A stretch of 64,000 bases of DNA from Candidatus Micrarchaeota archaeon (GTDB lineage Archaea > Micrarchaeota > Micrarchaeia > Norongarragalinales > SBBD01): NCBI GenBank assembly GCA_018819225.1, contig JAHJQN010000002.1, forward strand, positions 913-64,912, read 5' to 3'. This document shows, piece after piece, positions 17,676 to 29,058 of this stretch. Numbering within the stretch: the first letter of the stretch is position 1; every line of letters starts with the position of its first letter. Below the pieces are notes generated by a model. It saw nothing but the letters and a program-made list of their open reading frames with translations. It ran no database searches and was not told the DNA's origin. The position numbers and the translations under genes were made by a program.

Positions 17676-19526
17676 TTGATAATAATTTCCAGAGGGTTCC
17701 ATGTGGATGAGATAGACGATAAGGCGGTTTCGATTAGCCGTCTCGCGATCCGCCTGCCGACCTACAAGCGCACGTTCGTCTACTTGTTTGCCGTCAGTTT
17801 TCTCGCCGGCTTCCTTTTGCGTCTCCTCATTTTTCCTGAAGCGCGCGTGCTTTCCAGCCTCAGCAACTCCTTGTTGTTCGGAGGCGCCGAAGGATTGTTG
17901 TTCATCGGCCTGCCCGCCCTGTTTGCGTCGGTGCTGGCGGCCAGCTTTACCCGAAAAGAAGACTTCTCGTTGCGCATGAAGCACTTCAGCTTCGTCGCAT
18001 TGTTAGCGACGATCGTCTCCTCGATGTTATATTTCATCGGCGTGGCAGGGTATGCCCGCTTTGCGGACCTCGAATCATTTATCCTGCTGGCCAACTCCGT
18101 CGTATTTCTCATCTGGTTCGCCGCCCTCTTCATTACGTTGAATTTTGGATGGAAGACCGTGCTCATGGCCTCCTTTCATCCCGCTCTCAATCTCTCGTTT
18201 CTCGTCATCTGGGAGTCCTTTTTGCTCGCCGGCCTGACGGATCCCGTCCTGTTGTTCCTCAAATTCGTGGTTTCCTCCGGAGTTCTGTTGCTCGCCCTCG
18301 CGTCCGTATTCTACGTCTTAAACGCGCCCGCCAAACGCAATTTCGGCATTTCGACATTGCAGGCGGCCACGCTCTTCTTCGCTCAGCTTGTTTACGGGAA
18401 AAAGGATTTGGAGAACGTGCTGGCTGAAATGGGGGAGCGCGTGGAAACCCTTATGGGCGTTGTTTCGTTCCGTACGATAAAAGGAAAGCAAAAAGCGGTG
18501 TTCATTGTCCCTCATCTTCATTACGGTCCGTTTGGCAACATCGGCGGCAGCGAATTCCCCCACTTGATTTCCTTTAACGTAAAAGAAAAACTGAAATGCC
18601 CGGTTTTCGTGTTCCACGGTCTCGCCAACCACGATTACAACCCGATTTACTCGTTTACATCGAGCCGCATCTCTTCCGAGCTCGTGCAAACCGTCAAAAA
18701 CTTTAAGGCGTCGGATTACACGTCCCGCGCCGCGTTCGTGAGCGCGTCCTACCGTACCGCCAAAGTGCTTGGAGTCGGCTTCGACAAACAACAACTGTTC
18801 TTGGCGATGTCGCGCGCTCCGGAAACCACGGAAGACATCTCGGCTCCCATCGGCATTTCGTTCATGGAGCAATTACGTGGAAACGGTTTCCGTGAAATCG
18901 TTCTCACCGACATGCACAATTCGGCAGGCGAAGAATCGAAAATGGGGGCGGGAAGCCCCGAATACTTCGAGTTCTACGATTTGTACAAAACGATTTCGGA
19001 TCCGCAGAACAAAAAACCGTTCAAGTTGGGGGTGTCGCACGATTCCTTAACGGATTTCACGACGACGGAAGGCATCGGGAAAGCCGGGCTCAATGTCGCC
19101 GTGTTTGAAGTCAGCGGCAAACGCGCTTGCTTCGTGCTGTTCGACGCGAACAATGTACTCCCTTCGTTCCGCCGGGAACTACTGCTTCAACTCCTTTCCA
19201 CTTTTAAGTTCGATTACTGCGACATGTTAACGACGGACACGCATTCCGTTAACAACTTCAGCATGGTTCACAATCCCCTGGGAGGCCGTATTGACCGCGA
19301 AAAGATCGCGAACCGCGTCGAGCAAACCACGCGCGAAGCCGTAAAGGATTTGGAGTTTTGTCAAGCCGCTGCCGTGAACCGCCGTACCGCTTTAGACGTC
19401 TGGGGAGCCGGCCGCGTATCCGAACTGCTTTCCACAGTCAGCGCGATTGTCGCGATGGCCAAGATTTTCGCGCCCCTGATCTTCCTCGCCTCCATCGTCT
19501 TGGCGCTCTTACTCTTATCTCTCTAA
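17676..19526 (+). CDS. DUF2070 family archaeal membrane protein
   Basis: Multiple N-terminal TM helices; PHLHYGPFGNIGGS, HGLANHDYNP, DMHN, DANN, TTDTH. Confidence 0.85.
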   Translation: MIIISRGFHVDEIDDKAVSISRLAIRLPTYKRTFVYLFAVSFLAGFLLRLLIFPEARVLSSLSNSLLFGGAEGLLFIGLPALFASVLAASFTRKEDFSLRMKHFSFVALLATIVSSMLYFIGVAGYARFADLESFILLANSVVFLIWFAALFITLNFGWKTVLMASFHPALNLSFLVIWESFLLAGLTDPVLLFLKFVVSSGVLLLALASVFYVLNAPAKRNFGISTLQAATLFFAQLVYGKKDLENVLAEMGERVETLMGVVSFRTIKGKQKAVFIVPHLHYGPFGNIGGSEFPHLISFNVKEKLKCPVFVFHGLANHDYNPIYSFTSSRISSELVQTVKNFKASDYTSRAAFVSASYRTAKVLGVGFDKQQLFLAMSRAPETTEDISAPIGISFMEQLRGNGFREIVLTDMHNSAGEESKMGAGSPEYFEFYDLYKTISDPQNKKPFKLGVSHDSLTDFTTTEGIGKAGLNVAVFEVSGKRACFVLFDANNVLPSFRRELLLQLLSTFKFDYCDMLTTDTHSVNNFSMVHNPLGGRIDREKIANRVEQTTREAVKDLEFCQAAAVNRRTALDVWGAGRVSELLSTVSAIVAMAKIFAPLIFLASIVLALLLLSL

Positions 19527-19533
19527 CCTTACT

Positions 19534-20526
19534 TCAGACAGCTTGGCGAGCTCTTCGGAACCTTCTCTTGAATTTCATGAGCACCAATGATTTTCCAGCG
19601 GGAAACGTTCCAATATGTTTTAGAGTTTCGCGGCCCGCTTCCCGAATGGATTCTTCCCATTCTTTCGGTACTCGCAATACCACCGCGCTTCCTGGTCGCA
19701 GGGTCCGCGACGTTTCTAAAAGCGTATCCCTTGCCAGCGCGATGGGATGTTCCTCTTTGAAATATTTCCCGTGAGGGGGATCGAACAGTGCACCATCCAT
19801 CGATTGGTTACGAAGGGGGAGATGGCGGGCATCCCATCGATTGTACAACACGTTCTCTAACCGATTGATTTTCACTCCCCGTCGCCTCAGAAGACGTTTG
19901 CTTTCTATCAGCATGGCTCTGAAGACTCGGGATAGCCCGAGTTTCGATTTTCCGGTATACAATTCCGAACGATGTTTTCCAGTGGTTACCCATTTCATGA
20001 TGTCTCCACCGATCACTTGATGGCCTGCCAACGCAGCCGCATATGCTTCGTTGTTGAAGCCTAACACTGGCACCACGATGCGTTTTCCTGAACGCGCTTT
20101 TATGGGAATCCCCAATAGGTTCACCATCAACATCGTTATTTTTGAAGCGGTAACACCTCTCGTTGGAGAATACATCATACGCACGTTTCCTGCTTCATCA
20201 AAAAGAGGGGCTTTCAGTTCATGGGGGTGAACAAACGGTTTTTCTGCGTTGAGAACTGTACTGAAGCCAGCGGCCATGAGGCTGCCGCTTACCAGTCTCG
20301 ATAACTGATTTCCAACGGATTGGGTTCTGTTTCGCGGGATGAACATGTTGAATGCAGCGATCTCACGGGTCGTTGAACTTCTTGATCGTGTTCGTCTTCG
20401 CTCTACTAATCGGTAGGGGATTCCATGCGGTTCGAGCAGGCTCCTCACTTCTTCCCTCAATAACGCTTTGGAATTCTGATTCGTCGTCAGCGTGAACCGA
20501 TGTTCTTTATTCCTTGATAAGATCAT
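19534..20526 (-). CDS. Basic protein with a divergent Trm11/N6-type SAM methyltransferase domain
   Basis: WDARHLPL...ALFDPPHG, IGGDI, RTLRPG; motif I degenerate. Confidence 0.55.
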   Translation of the reverse strand: MILSRNKEHRFTLTTNQNSKALLREEVRSLLEPHGIPYRLVERRRTRSRSSTTREIAAFNMFIPRNRTQSVGNQLSRLVSGSLMAAGFSTVLNAEKPFVHPHELKAPLFDEAGNVRMMYSPTRGVTASKITMLMVNLLGIPIKARSGKRIVVPVLGFNNEAYAAALAGHQVIGGDIMKWVTTGKHRSELYTGKSKLGLSRVFRAMLIESKRLLRRRGVKINRLENVLYNRWDARHLPLRNQSMDGALFDPPHGKYFKEEHPIALARDTLLETSRTLRPGSAVVLRVPKEWEESIREAGRETLKHIGTFPAGKSLVLMKFKRRFRRARQAV

Positions 20527-20580
20527 ACGTCATTTCGCGACGCGGTCATTTTTAATTTCTTCCTTCCGTCAATATACTGG

Positions 20581-22200
20581 ATGCGCATGGATTTCAGTGA
20601 ATTACCGACCATAATTGAAAAACGTTTGTTGGGCACCGATGTTTGGAAACCATCGGCTGAAGAACTCAAAGCCGCAGCCGAACCCTTTGCGCGAAAAACG
20701 GAGTACGGGAGCCTTGCATTTGCCAGCAACGTCAAAAACCGTTCCGCAAAAGTCACCGCGGTATTGGGATCCAGAGAGGTCGCGTCCACGAACCACTCGG
20801 AACGACAATCGCAGATTGTGCGGAACGCGGAAAAAACCATTGAAAAGGCGTTGGCCTACCTTCGAGACGCGCCGCTTCTATCCATCGAACGCACCATGGG
20901 CGACAACGCCGAGTTCGCACCGCGCTGCACGTTATTGCTGTCGACGTATCGAAAAGAATGCGTTCGGCTCGCGCACTTATGGGGTGAAACGTTGGCCGTC
21001 GAAGCGCCGTCGACTCCCCCTCGTTTATACCTCATCTGCATCCCGGAATGGCCTGAATCCGATCGGCAAGTGCTTTCGTTACCGGAACAAAATTGCGTCG
21101 TCGTGCTGGGATCGGATTACGCGGGGGAAATCAAGATGGGTTTTCTGCGCACGGCGATGTGGCACGCCAAGCAGCGCGGTTTGTTGGGGTTGCATGCCGG
21201 ATCCAAAATCGTGAACGCGGTTGGGGATGACGGGAAGAAACGTCGTTATGGCGTTCTGTTGTTTGGGTTAAGCGGAACGGGCAAGAGTACTCACAGCTGT
21301 CATGCCCACGGCTTGAACCGTGAAGGGGAAGGCATTGAAATTCTTCAAGATGACATCGTGTTTTTGAAAAAGGATGGCGGCGCGTTTGGAACGGAACGAG
21401 GGTTCTATTTGAAAACAGACAGCCTTTCTCCGGACATTCAACCGCTTCTCCACAACGCCGCGATCCAACCGCGAGCCGTTTTTGAAAACGTGCGAGTGGA
21501 TTACGAGAATTGTTTGCATTTTCAGGACGTGACGTTGACCAGCAACGCCCGCGGCGTCATTCAATTCACTGATTTGGCTCCTTACGCGGGAAAAAGCATT
21601 AACTTGCCTTCATTGGATTCGCTGGACGGGCTCCTCGTCTTATTCATTACGCGTCGCAACACCGTGATTCCCGTCATGAGTCGTTTGACGGCCGAACAAG
21701 CCGCAGCAACCTTCATGCTCGGCGAGTCCGTTGAAACCTCCGCCGGTGATCCCACCCAAGCAGGCAAATCCCTGCGCGTCGTGGGCACGAATCCCTTCAT
21801 TATTGGCGATCCCTCTCTCGAAGGGAATTATTTCTACGATTTCGTGAAAAAGCACGGAAGCAACGTTCAGTGCTTCTTGATGAATACGGGTGGACTCGGC
21901 GAAGTACGCAATTCCGGCGTTATCGAGAGAAAATCCCGTCGGATCACGATCCCGGAAATGGCGTCCGTCATTCGGGCTCTCGTACGGGATCAAATACGAT
22001 GGACTCCCGAGCCCTTATTTGGCATGCAGGTCCCTGAGAAAGTGGAGGGAGTGGATGATGCGTTCTTCAACGCGTTGGCGCATTACTCGAAAGAAGACGC
22101 TCTAAAGCTCGCGTCTCAAATGAAGAAAGAACGCGCAGAGCACTTGAAGAAGTTCAAGAAATTGAATCCGGTGATTGGAAACCAATCCCTTTCCGGCTAG
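20581..22200 (+). CDS. pckA: Phosphoenolpyruvate carboxykinase (ATP)
   Basis: YAGEIKMG, LHAGSK, GLSGTGKST, QDD, TERGFYLK, LMNTG. Confidence 0.88.
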   Translation: MRMDFSELPTIIEKRLLGTDVWKPSAEELKAAAEPFARKTEYGSLAFASNVKNRSAKVTAVLGSREVASTNHSERQSQIVRNAEKTIEKALAYLRDAPLLSIERTMGDNAEFAPRCTLLLSTYRKECVRLAHLWGETLAVEAPSTPPRLYLICIPEWPESDRQVLSLPEQNCVVVLGSDYAGEIKMGFLRTAMWHAKQRGLLGLHAGSKIVNAVGDDGKKRRYGVLLFGLSGTGKSTHSCHAHGLNREGEGIEILQDDIVFLKKDGGAFGTERGFYLKTDSLSPDIQPLLHNAAIQPRAVFENVRVDYENCLHFQDVTLTSNARGVIQFTDLAPYAGKSINLPSLDSLDGLLVLFITRRNTVIPVMSRLTAEQAAATFMLGESVETSAGDPTQAGKSLRVVGTNPFIIGDPSLEGNYFYDFVKKHGSNVQCFLMNTGGLGEVRNSGVIERKSRRITIPEMASVIRALVRDQIRWTPEPLFGMQVPEKVEGVDDAFFNALAHYSKEDALKLASQMKKERAEHLKKFKKLNPVIGNQSLSG

Positions 22201-23198
22201 ATTTTGGATTTCGCAATCTCGATGCCGGCTTCCCGGAGCATTTTCAACGCCGTATCGTTCAACGGATACGCCTCGTTGTAAACCACGCGCGTCAAACCCG
22301 AGTTAATAATCATTTTACTGCACAATAAGCACGGGGAAAACGTGCTGTAGATCGTGGCGCCTTTCACGCTGATACCGTGGTAAGCCGCTTGCACGATCGC
22401 ATTTTCTTCGCCGTGCGAGCACAGGCATTCTTCCAATGCTTTCCCGCTTTCCGCAAAATTGTTGCATCGCGGACAACCCCCTTCATTGCAGTTCTTGACG
22501 CTTCGCGGCGTTCCGTTATATCCCGTGCTGATGATGCGCTTGTCTTTCGCTATGATGGCGGCGACCTGCCGTTTCATGCAGTTCGAGCGAACCGCCACCT
22601 GCTTTGCAATCCCCATAAAATATTCGTCCCATGACGGACGCGAGAACGAAACCTCCAGTTCTTTGAGCGCGGCATCCAGTTCCTTCTGGAACCTTTCGAG
22701 TTCTCCGTTGTTTTCAATCATGCGGTTCGACATGCGCTCGCATTCGAGCAACTGTTGAGCGGCCACGTTCGAGCTCTGGAACTCTTTTTCTTCCAAGCGA
22801 ATGAATTCCTGAAGCGTCTGGGGGTCTCCCACGCGTTGACGTTCGAGCGTGCGTTTGAACCGTTTTTCCACGGGGGCGAAAATGTGAAACAGCGAGAAGT
22901 TGCCGGCTGCCTTCAATGCGAGCGCTTCCGCCGGATGACGGATGCTGTCCACCACGTAATTCTTACCGGATTCCATGCGCTGCAATGTGAGTTCCGAGAG
23001 CGCCGCCACACCGTGCTTTTCCCTCAGTTCATTTCCGATGGCGATCAAGTTCTCTCTCGTGGACTCCATGCCCCGCTTTTTCGCTTCCTCACGAATCACG
23101 TCCGACAACGACTTGTAGTAGAATCCTTTTTCCGTCAGGTATTTCGTGGCCGTGGTTTTCCCAGCGGCATTCCGGCCCGTAAAACCAATGATGATCAT
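22197..23198 (-). CDS. P-loop nucleotide-kinase-like domain fused to dCMP deaminase
   Basis: GRNAAGKT, DSIRHPAE; RPSWDEYFM, RSNC, TGYNG, HGEEN, SPCLLC. Confidence 0.9.
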   Translation of the reverse strand: MIIIGFTGRNAAGKTTATKYLTEKGFYYKSLSDVIREEAKKRGMESTRENLIAIGNELREKHGVAALSELTLQRMESGKNYVVDSIRHPAEALALKAAGNFSLFHIFAPVEKRFKRTLERQRVGDPQTLQEFIRLEEKEFQSSNVAAQQLLECERMSNRMIENNGELERFQKELDAALKELEVSFSRPSWDEYFMGIAKQVAVRSNCMKRQVAAIIAKDKRIISTGYNGTPRSVKNCNEGGCPRCNNFAESGKALEECLCSHGEENAIVQAAYHGISVKGATIYSTFSPCLLCSKMIINSGLTRVVYNEAYPLNDTALKMLREAGIEIAKSKI

Positions 23199-23243
23199 AC
23201 GTTATGATTCCCCTCTCGGCATGGGAAAGACGAATGGAATTTA

Positions 23244-24398
23244 TTAAAGCTTGTGCCCGCGCGCCTCGTCTGCTTCCAGGCGTTCCATGACGGCCTTGAC
23301 GACGAGCGGCCACGCGATGCTGGCATCCGCATACACTTCCGTCCACTGGCCTCCATCCTTCGGAGACAAGAACTTGCCCCACGACACGCCTTCCGAATAC
23401 GTGCACCCGCTCAATCCGCCCCAATGCGTGGGCTCCGGACAGATGCGTACTCCGTACGAGTACCGCTTGTCGTATTTACTGCCGGTTTCCAATCGATACC
23501 GTTCCGGTTCCGCGGTATGGAAACGAATCAAATCAATATAGGGAGCGACTTGCTGCGCCCAGTTTCTTGGAACGCCTCCCCCGATCGTGAAAATTCCCAA
23601 TCGTTTCTGCTCCATAATAAAGTCCTTGAAATGGTTCAAGTCCAGGAACGGATCAAATACGAGTCGGGATTCGCCCCGTCTTTCCCGATCCATATTGTAG
23701 AACGAGAAATCCAGCCCGAACTCGGAATCCGTGAATGCCGGAATATATATCGGAACGTTTTTCTCGTGCGCGCTTTTCAGAATGGCCCGTCCTTCCGTTG
23801 TTTCCTTTAAGTGTTTTCCGAGGGCTTGATTGATTTCCCTGCTGCACGTCGGCTTGCGGTGATCCATCGAACTCAATACCGTGGCCATGATTTTTTCCGC
23901 GTCATCCAGATTCTTTTCCAATTCAATGGTATCGTACACGCGGTTGTACCCGATTTGGTACATGTCCGCGTCCTTCATTCCCGGCTTGTATTTGAAGTGC
24001 GTCATGCCCGCGCCTTCCACGAATCCATGCGCCATCAATGCGCCCGTGCTCACGATCGCCTGCACCATTCCGCGGTCGATCATTTCGCACATCACTAACC
24101 CCATTTTCGCGATCGTCATCGCCCCCGAGACCGTTAACACGACCGCACACTCGGAGTCTTTTACCATCGTATACAACGTATCCGCGGCCTCGCCCACGTT
24201 TCGGCCGGCGAAAGCCGTTTTTTCCATACCGCGCACCAACTCGTCCACGCTGTTGATTTTACTTAGGTCGAGTGGATGAACGGGTTGCAAGTGATCGACG
24301 AATCCATCGTGAAGCGACTCCTTAAATCGCGTTAATTTCGGTCGCTTGGTTTCTGCCGGATTTTTTTCCGGTATCGATTCAGCCATGGCATCCAACAC
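23244..24398 (-). CDS. Deoxyhypusine synthase-like protein
   Basis: VSTGA, NRVYD, PAFTDSEFG, GGGVPRNW, GGLSGCTYSEGVSWGK, ADASIAWP. Confidence 0.85.
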   Translation of the reverse strand: MLDAMAESIPEKNPAETKRPKLTRFKESLHDGFVDHLQPVHPLDLSKINSVDELVRGMEKTAFAGRNVGEAADTLYTMVKDSECAVVLTVSGAMTIAKMGLVMCEMIDRGMVQAIVSTGALMAHGFVEGAGMTHFKYKPGMKDADMYQIGYNRVYDTIELEKNLDDAEKIMATVLSSMDHRKPTCSREINQALGKHLKETTEGRAILKSAHEKNVPIYIPAFTDSEFGLDFSFYNMDRERRGESRLVFDPFLDLNHFKDFIMEQKRLGIFTIGGGVPRNWAQQVAPYIDLIRFHTAEPERYRLETGSKYDKRYSYGVRICPEPTHWGGLSGCTYSEGVSWGKFLSPKDGGQWTEVYADASIAWPLVVKAVMERLEADEARGHKL

Positions 24399-24589
24399 AA
24401 CACGCGTTTTTTTAATTCCATACGTTTTCCATTTATTTTTTGAACCGTTTTTATTGCGTTTGATTGAACATCGCAGAACGACGTAGTTTATTCCATGTTG
24501 GTTTTTTTCCTAAACTCGTTTACGTCATTCGTGAACCGAGCGATCCATTTTTATATTTCATCCTTCTCCGCTATTGGTGGTCGGCGAAT

Positions 24590-26521
24590 ATGGTTGCGAC
24601 ACTTGTCGAAAAGATTTTGAAGGCGCATCTGGTGGACGGTGAGCTGACGCCCGGAACGGAAATCGGTCTCCGTATCGACCAAACCCTTACCCAGGACGCG
24701 ACGGGAACGATGGCGTACCTGCAGTTTGAAACCATTGGAATTCCTCGAGTCAAAACCGAGCTTTCGGTGAGTTATGTTGACCACAACATGCTTCAAACAG
24801 GGTTCGAGAACATGGACGACCACCGATTCCTGCAGAGTGTGGCATCCAAATACGGAATTTATTTCTCGAAAGCCGGAAACGGCATCTGCCATCAAGTGCA
24901 CCTCGAACGCTTTGCTGCCCCTGGAAAAACCTTGCTCGGTTCCGATTCGCATACGCCTACTGCCGGTGGCATGGGCATGCTCGCGATCGGCGCCGGCGGC
25001 CTCGATATTGCGGTGGCCATGGGCGGCTCGCCGTTCTTCCTGAAAGTCCCGAAAGTCCTTGGCGTGAAATTGCTTGGAAAACTTTCCCCGTGGGTTTCCG
25101 CAAAGGACGTCATATTGGAGGTGCTTCGGCGCCTGAAAGTGAAGGGTGGCGTCGGAAAAGTTTTAGAGTACTACGGAGAAGGCGTGACCACGCTTTCCGT
25201 TCCCGAACGATCGACGATCACGAACATGGGCGCCGAACTCGGTGCGACGTCCTCGATTTTTCCCTCGGATGAAATGACGCGCGATTACTTGAAAAAACAA
25301 GGCCGCGAAACGGTATGGCGGGCGCTCAGCGCGGATGAAGGCGCCGTCTATGACGAAACGCTCGAAATCGATTTGAGTCACGTCGAGCCCTTGGTCGCTC
25401 AACCCTCGTCGCCCGACAACGTCGTACCCATTTCGCAAGTGGAAGGGAAGAAAGTGCAGCAGGTGATCATTGGCTCGTGCACCAATTCCTCCTACAAAGA
25501 TTTAATGGTGGCCGCGGAAATGGTGAAGGGAAAGAAAGTGCATCCCGACGTGAGTTTTGTCGTAGCGCCAGGCTCGCGGCAAGTGCTCGAACAGATTACG
25601 AAAGCCGGGGGCTTAACGTATTTGATTGCCGCTGGCGCTCGCCTCATCGAAAGCGCCTGCGGGCCCTGCATCGGCATGGGTCTGGCCCCCGCATCAAACA
25701 CGATTACCGTACGCACGTTCAATCGCAACTTCAAGGGAAGAAGCGGCACCAAAGACGACCAGTCCTATCTCGTGGGCCCGGAAGTGGCCGTGGCGTGCGC
25801 ACTGGCGGGCGAATTCAAGGACCCGCGAAAACTCGGCGAGCTTCCCCGCGTGGAGTGGCCCGAGCGATTCGATGTCGATGATTCCATGATACTCCGGCCC
25901 GCAACAGACGGTTCGGCGGTCGAGATTTTACGCGGCCCCAACATCAAGGAAGTGCCGATTCGCGGTCCAATGGATCAAACGATTTCCGGAGATATTTTAT
26001 TGAAATTATCCGATAACATTACGACGGATGGCATCATGCCGGCCGGAGCAAAGATACTGCCTTTGCGCAGCAATATCCCTGCGATTTCCGAATTCGTGTT
26101 CTGCAATATCGATCCCACGTTCGTGCAACGCATCAAGGAAAAGAAAGGAGGACTGATCGTTGGAGGCGAGAATTACGGACAGGGTTCGAGCCGTGAACAC
26201 GCTGCTCTGGCGCCCATGTATCTAGGCGTCCGAGCGGTCATCACGAAAAACTTTGCCCGCATTCATAAGGGCAATCTCGTTAACTTCGGAATTCTTCCTC
26301 TCGAGTTCAAGGACGCCGAGGATTACCATCGCGTGAATCAAGGCGATGTGCTCGAGATTCCGGACGCGAGAACGCAATTAGAAAACGGAAAGACTGAGTA
26401 CGTTTGCCTCAATATCACGCAAAACCGTTCGTTTCCTGTTGTGCTCACCGTCTCCAAGCGCCAGCAAGGCATTCTTCTGGCCGGAGGCCTGTTGAACCAA
26501 GTCAAACAATCAGGTGATTGA
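24590..26521 (+). CDS. acn: Aconitate hydratase
   Basis: QDATG, DHN, GNGICHQ, GSDSHT, GSCTN, CGPCIG, NRNF, GSSREHA; start [10 protein letters not shown]. Confidence 0.92.
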   Translation: MVATLVEKILKAHLVDGELTPGTEIGLRIDQTLTQDATGTMAYLQFETIGIPRVKTELSVSYVDHNMLQTGFENMDDHRFLQSVASKYGIYFSKAGNGICHQVHLERFAAPGKTLLGSDSHTPTAGGMGMLAIGAGGLDIAVAMGGSPFFLKVPKVLGVKLLGKLSPWVSAKDVILEVLRRLKVKGGVGKVLEYYGEGVTTLSVPERSTITNMGAELGATSSIFPSDEMTRDYLKKQGRETVWRALSADEGAVYDETLEIDLSHVEPLVAQPSSPDNVVPISQVEGKKVQQVIIGSCTNSSYKDLMVAAEMVKGKKVHPDVSFVVAPGSRQVLEQITKAGGLTYLIAAGARLIESACGPCIGMGLAPASNTITVRTFNRNFKGRSGTKDDQSYLVGPEVAVACALAGEFKDPRKLGELPRVEWPERFDVDDSMILRPATDGSAVEILRGPNIKEVPIRGPMDQTISGDILLKLSDNITTDGIMPAGAKILPLRSNIPAISEFVFCNIDPTFVQRIKEKKGGLIVGGENYGQGSSREHAALAPMYLGVRAVITKNFARIHKGNLVNFGILPLEFKDAEDYHRVNQGDVLEIPDARTQLENGKTEYVCLNITQNRSFPVVLTVSKRQQGILLAGGLLNQVKQSGD

Positions 26522-27776
26522 AATTCCCGAATACCAGTTTCTGAAACCGCCTTCCGATGGACAATTGATTTCTTTCCAAAACGGAAAGCTGAACATTCCC
26601 GACCGGCCGATCATACCTGTCATTGAAGGGGATGGCGTCGGTCCCGACGTGAGCCGGGCGGCCCGCATCGTATTTGACGCCGCTGTACAGACCGCGTATG
26701 GCGGCGAGCGCAAAATAGTCTGGTTCGATGTACCGGCAGGAGAAAAAGCGTTCCAAGAGCACAAGGAATACCTTCCGAATGATACGCTGGAAGCGATTCG
26801 GCTCCACCGCATCGCCATCAAAGGCCCGTTAACCACTCCCGTGGCCGGAGGCATTCGCAGCCTGAACGTGACGCTGCGCCAAGTGCTCGACTTGTATGCC
26901 TGCGTACGACCCGTCCGCTACTACGACGGCATTCCCAATCCCATGAAACACCCCGAAAAACTGAACGTCATCATTTTCCGAGAGAATACCGAAGATGTTT
27001 ATGCGGGCATTGAATGGATGGCCGAAAGCAAGGAAGCGAACGAGGTTATTGCGTTCTTGAACACGAAAACCAAGAAAACGATTCGCGAGAATAGCGGGAT
27101 CGGCATCAAGCCCATCAGCGCGTTCGGAACCAAGCGGTTGGTCGCTTCCGCGATTCAAAACGCTATTCGGTATCGTCGTCCGTCCGTGACGCTCGTGCAC
27201 AAAGGTAATATCATGAAGTTCACGGAAGGCGCGTTCATGAAATGGGGGTATGAAGTCGCCAAGGAACGATTTGCCGAAGAAACCATTACGGAAAAAGAAG
27301 TGGCCGAACAGCATAACGGCCAAATTCCGGAAGGAAAAATCGTGATCAAGGATCGTATTGCGGACGCGATGTTCCAGCAATTGCTGTTACGGCCGGACGA
27401 GTATTCCGTGATTGCCACGCCCAACTTGAACGGGGATTATATCAGCGACGCCTGTGCCGCGCAAGCGGGCGGTTTAGGCATTGCTCCCGGCGCCAACATC
27501 AACTATTCGGAAGGAACCGCCGTCTTCGAGGCCACGCACGGAACCGCTCCAAAATACGCGGGACAAGACAAAGTGAACCCGGGCTCGTTGATTCTTTCGG
27601 GCGTCATGATGTTCCGTTATATGGGTTGGAGGGAGGCCGCGGATCTCATTGATACCGCATTCGGAAAAACCATTCAACAAAAGCGCGTGACCTACGATTT
27701 GCACCGACAGATTTCGGATGCAAAACTCCTGAAATGCTCGGAGTTCGCGAACGCGATCGTGGAAAACATGAAATAG
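26514..27776 (+). CDS. icd: NADP-dependent isocitrate dehydrogenase
   Basis: [53 protein letters not shown]. Confidence 0.95.
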   Translation: MIEIPEYQFLKPPSDGQLISFQNGKLNIPDRPIIPVIEGDGVGPDVSRAARIVFDAAVQTAYGGERKIVWFDVPAGEKAFQEHKEYLPNDTLEAIRLHRIAIKGPLTTPVAGGIRSLNVTLRQVLDLYACVRPVRYYDGIPNPMKHPEKLNVIIFRENTEDVYAGIEWMAESKEANEVIAFLNTKTKKTIRENSGIGIKPISAFGTKRLVASAIQNAIRYRRPSVTLVHKGNIMKFTEGAFMKWGYEVAKERFAEETITEKEVAEQHNGQIPEGKIVIKDRIADAMFQQLLLRPDEYSVIATPNLNGDYISDACAAQAGGLGIAPGANINYSEGTAVFEATHGTAPKYAGQDKVNPGSLILSGVMMFRYMGWREAADLIDTAFGKTIQQKRVTYDLHRQISDAKLLKCSEFANAIVENMK

Positions 27777-27789
27777 GTGAAAACCATAT

Positions 27790-29058
27790 TTGGCTCAGCG
27801 GAGTATACGCGAGTTTGACTGCAAGCAATTCCTGGCTCAATACGCGTCCCAGAAGCCAAGCGGTTTCGCGCTTTCCTCAAAACAGGTGCTCGTGGATGCG
27901 GAAACGGATTGGAATGCGCTTAAGAAATCCCATCCGTGGCTTCTCAAGGAGAAACTCGTGGTCAAGCCCGATCAACTATTCGGAAAACGCGGTAAACACC
28001 ATCTCGTGCGATTAAACGCCTCGTTCGATGATTGCCGTGCATTCGTTTCCGGGCGCCTCGGGAAAGAAATCGAGGTCGGCAAAGCGCGCGGAACCCTGAC
28101 TCATTTCCTGATCGAGCCGTTCGTTCCCCACGACGAAGAATATTATTTGGCGTTCCGCACGTTGAACGATGCGGATGAAATACTTTTTTCGCTGCGCGGC
28201 GGAGTGGATGTGGAAGCGAATTGGGAGAACGTGATTTCTTTGCGGGTGCCCATTCTCCGTTCTCTTCAAGAGAATGCGCTATCCGAGAAATTGCTTTCAT
28301 CGGTTCCATCCGAGCGCCGCGGCCCCCTCGCTTCCTTTATCGCATCGCTCTATCGCGCGTTTGCGGATCTGGATTTCGCGTATCTAGAGTTCAATCCACT
28401 GGCGTGGTCGAAAAACGGCCCCGAATTATTGGATGCCGTTGCGCGTTTGGATGACACCGCTGCTTTTCAACACGTGGAAGACTGGAAAACGATTTCATTC
28501 CCGACCCCGTTCGGCCGAACCATGAAAAAAGAGGAGGCATTTATTGCTTCTTTGGATGCGAAAACCGGCGCTTCGCTCAAGCTCACGGTCCTGAATCCGG
28601 AAGGCAGCGTTTGGCTGCTCGTCGCCGGAGGCGGGGCCAGCGTCATCTACACGGATACCGTCGCGGACATGGGATTCGGCGACCAGCTCGGCAATTACGG
28701 GGAATATAGCGGCGATCCGAACGAGGAACTCACCTACTTGTACGCGAAAACCGTTCTGCAATTGGTCACGCGTTCTCCTGCCAAGAAAAAATCAGTCATC
28801 ATTGGAGGCGGCATTGCCAATTTTACGGATGTCGCGAAAACCTTCAAGGGAATTGTTCGCGCGCTCACCGAGGACGCGGAGGCGATTCGGAAAGCCCACG
28901 TCAAGCTTTTTGTTCGAAGGGGCGGACCTAATTATCCCGAAGGATTAAAGCGCATGAAAGAAACCGGCGAGACGTTAAAGATTCCGATCGAGGTCTACGG
29001 CCCCGAAATGCACATGACCTCCGTGGTGCCCAAAGCCATTGACTGGGTGAGATCATGA
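27790..29058 (+). CDS. aclB: ATP citrate lyase, ATP-grasp/citrate-binding subunit
   Basis: TTG start; KPDQLFGKRGK, AGGGASV, NYGEYSG, GGGIANFT, RRGGPNY. Confidence 0.92.
   Translation: MAQRSIREFDCKQFLAQYASQKPSGFALSSKQVLVDAETDWNALKKSHPWLLKEKLVVKPDQLFGKRGKHHLVRLNASFDDCRAFVSGRLGKEIEVGKARGTLTHFLIEPFVPHDEEYYLAFRTLNDADEILFSLRGGVDVEANWENVISLRVPILRSLQENALSEKLLSSVPSERRGPLASFIASLYRAFADLDFAYLEFNPLAWSKNGPELLDAVARLDDTAAFQHVEDWKTISFPTPFGRTMKKEEAFIASLDAKTGASLKLTVLNPEGSVWLLVAGGGASVIYTDTVADMGFGDQLGNYGEYSGDPNEELTYLYAKTVLQLVTRSPAKKKSVIIGGGIANFTDVAKTFKGIVRALTEDAEAIRKAHVKLFVRRGGPNYPEGLKRMKETGETLKIPIEVYGPEMHMTSVVPKAIDWVRS

Noticed and set aside
24464-24589. N-terminal extension of aconitase
   Set aside because: AT-rich promoter region with a TATA box; the conserved start is ATG 24590.
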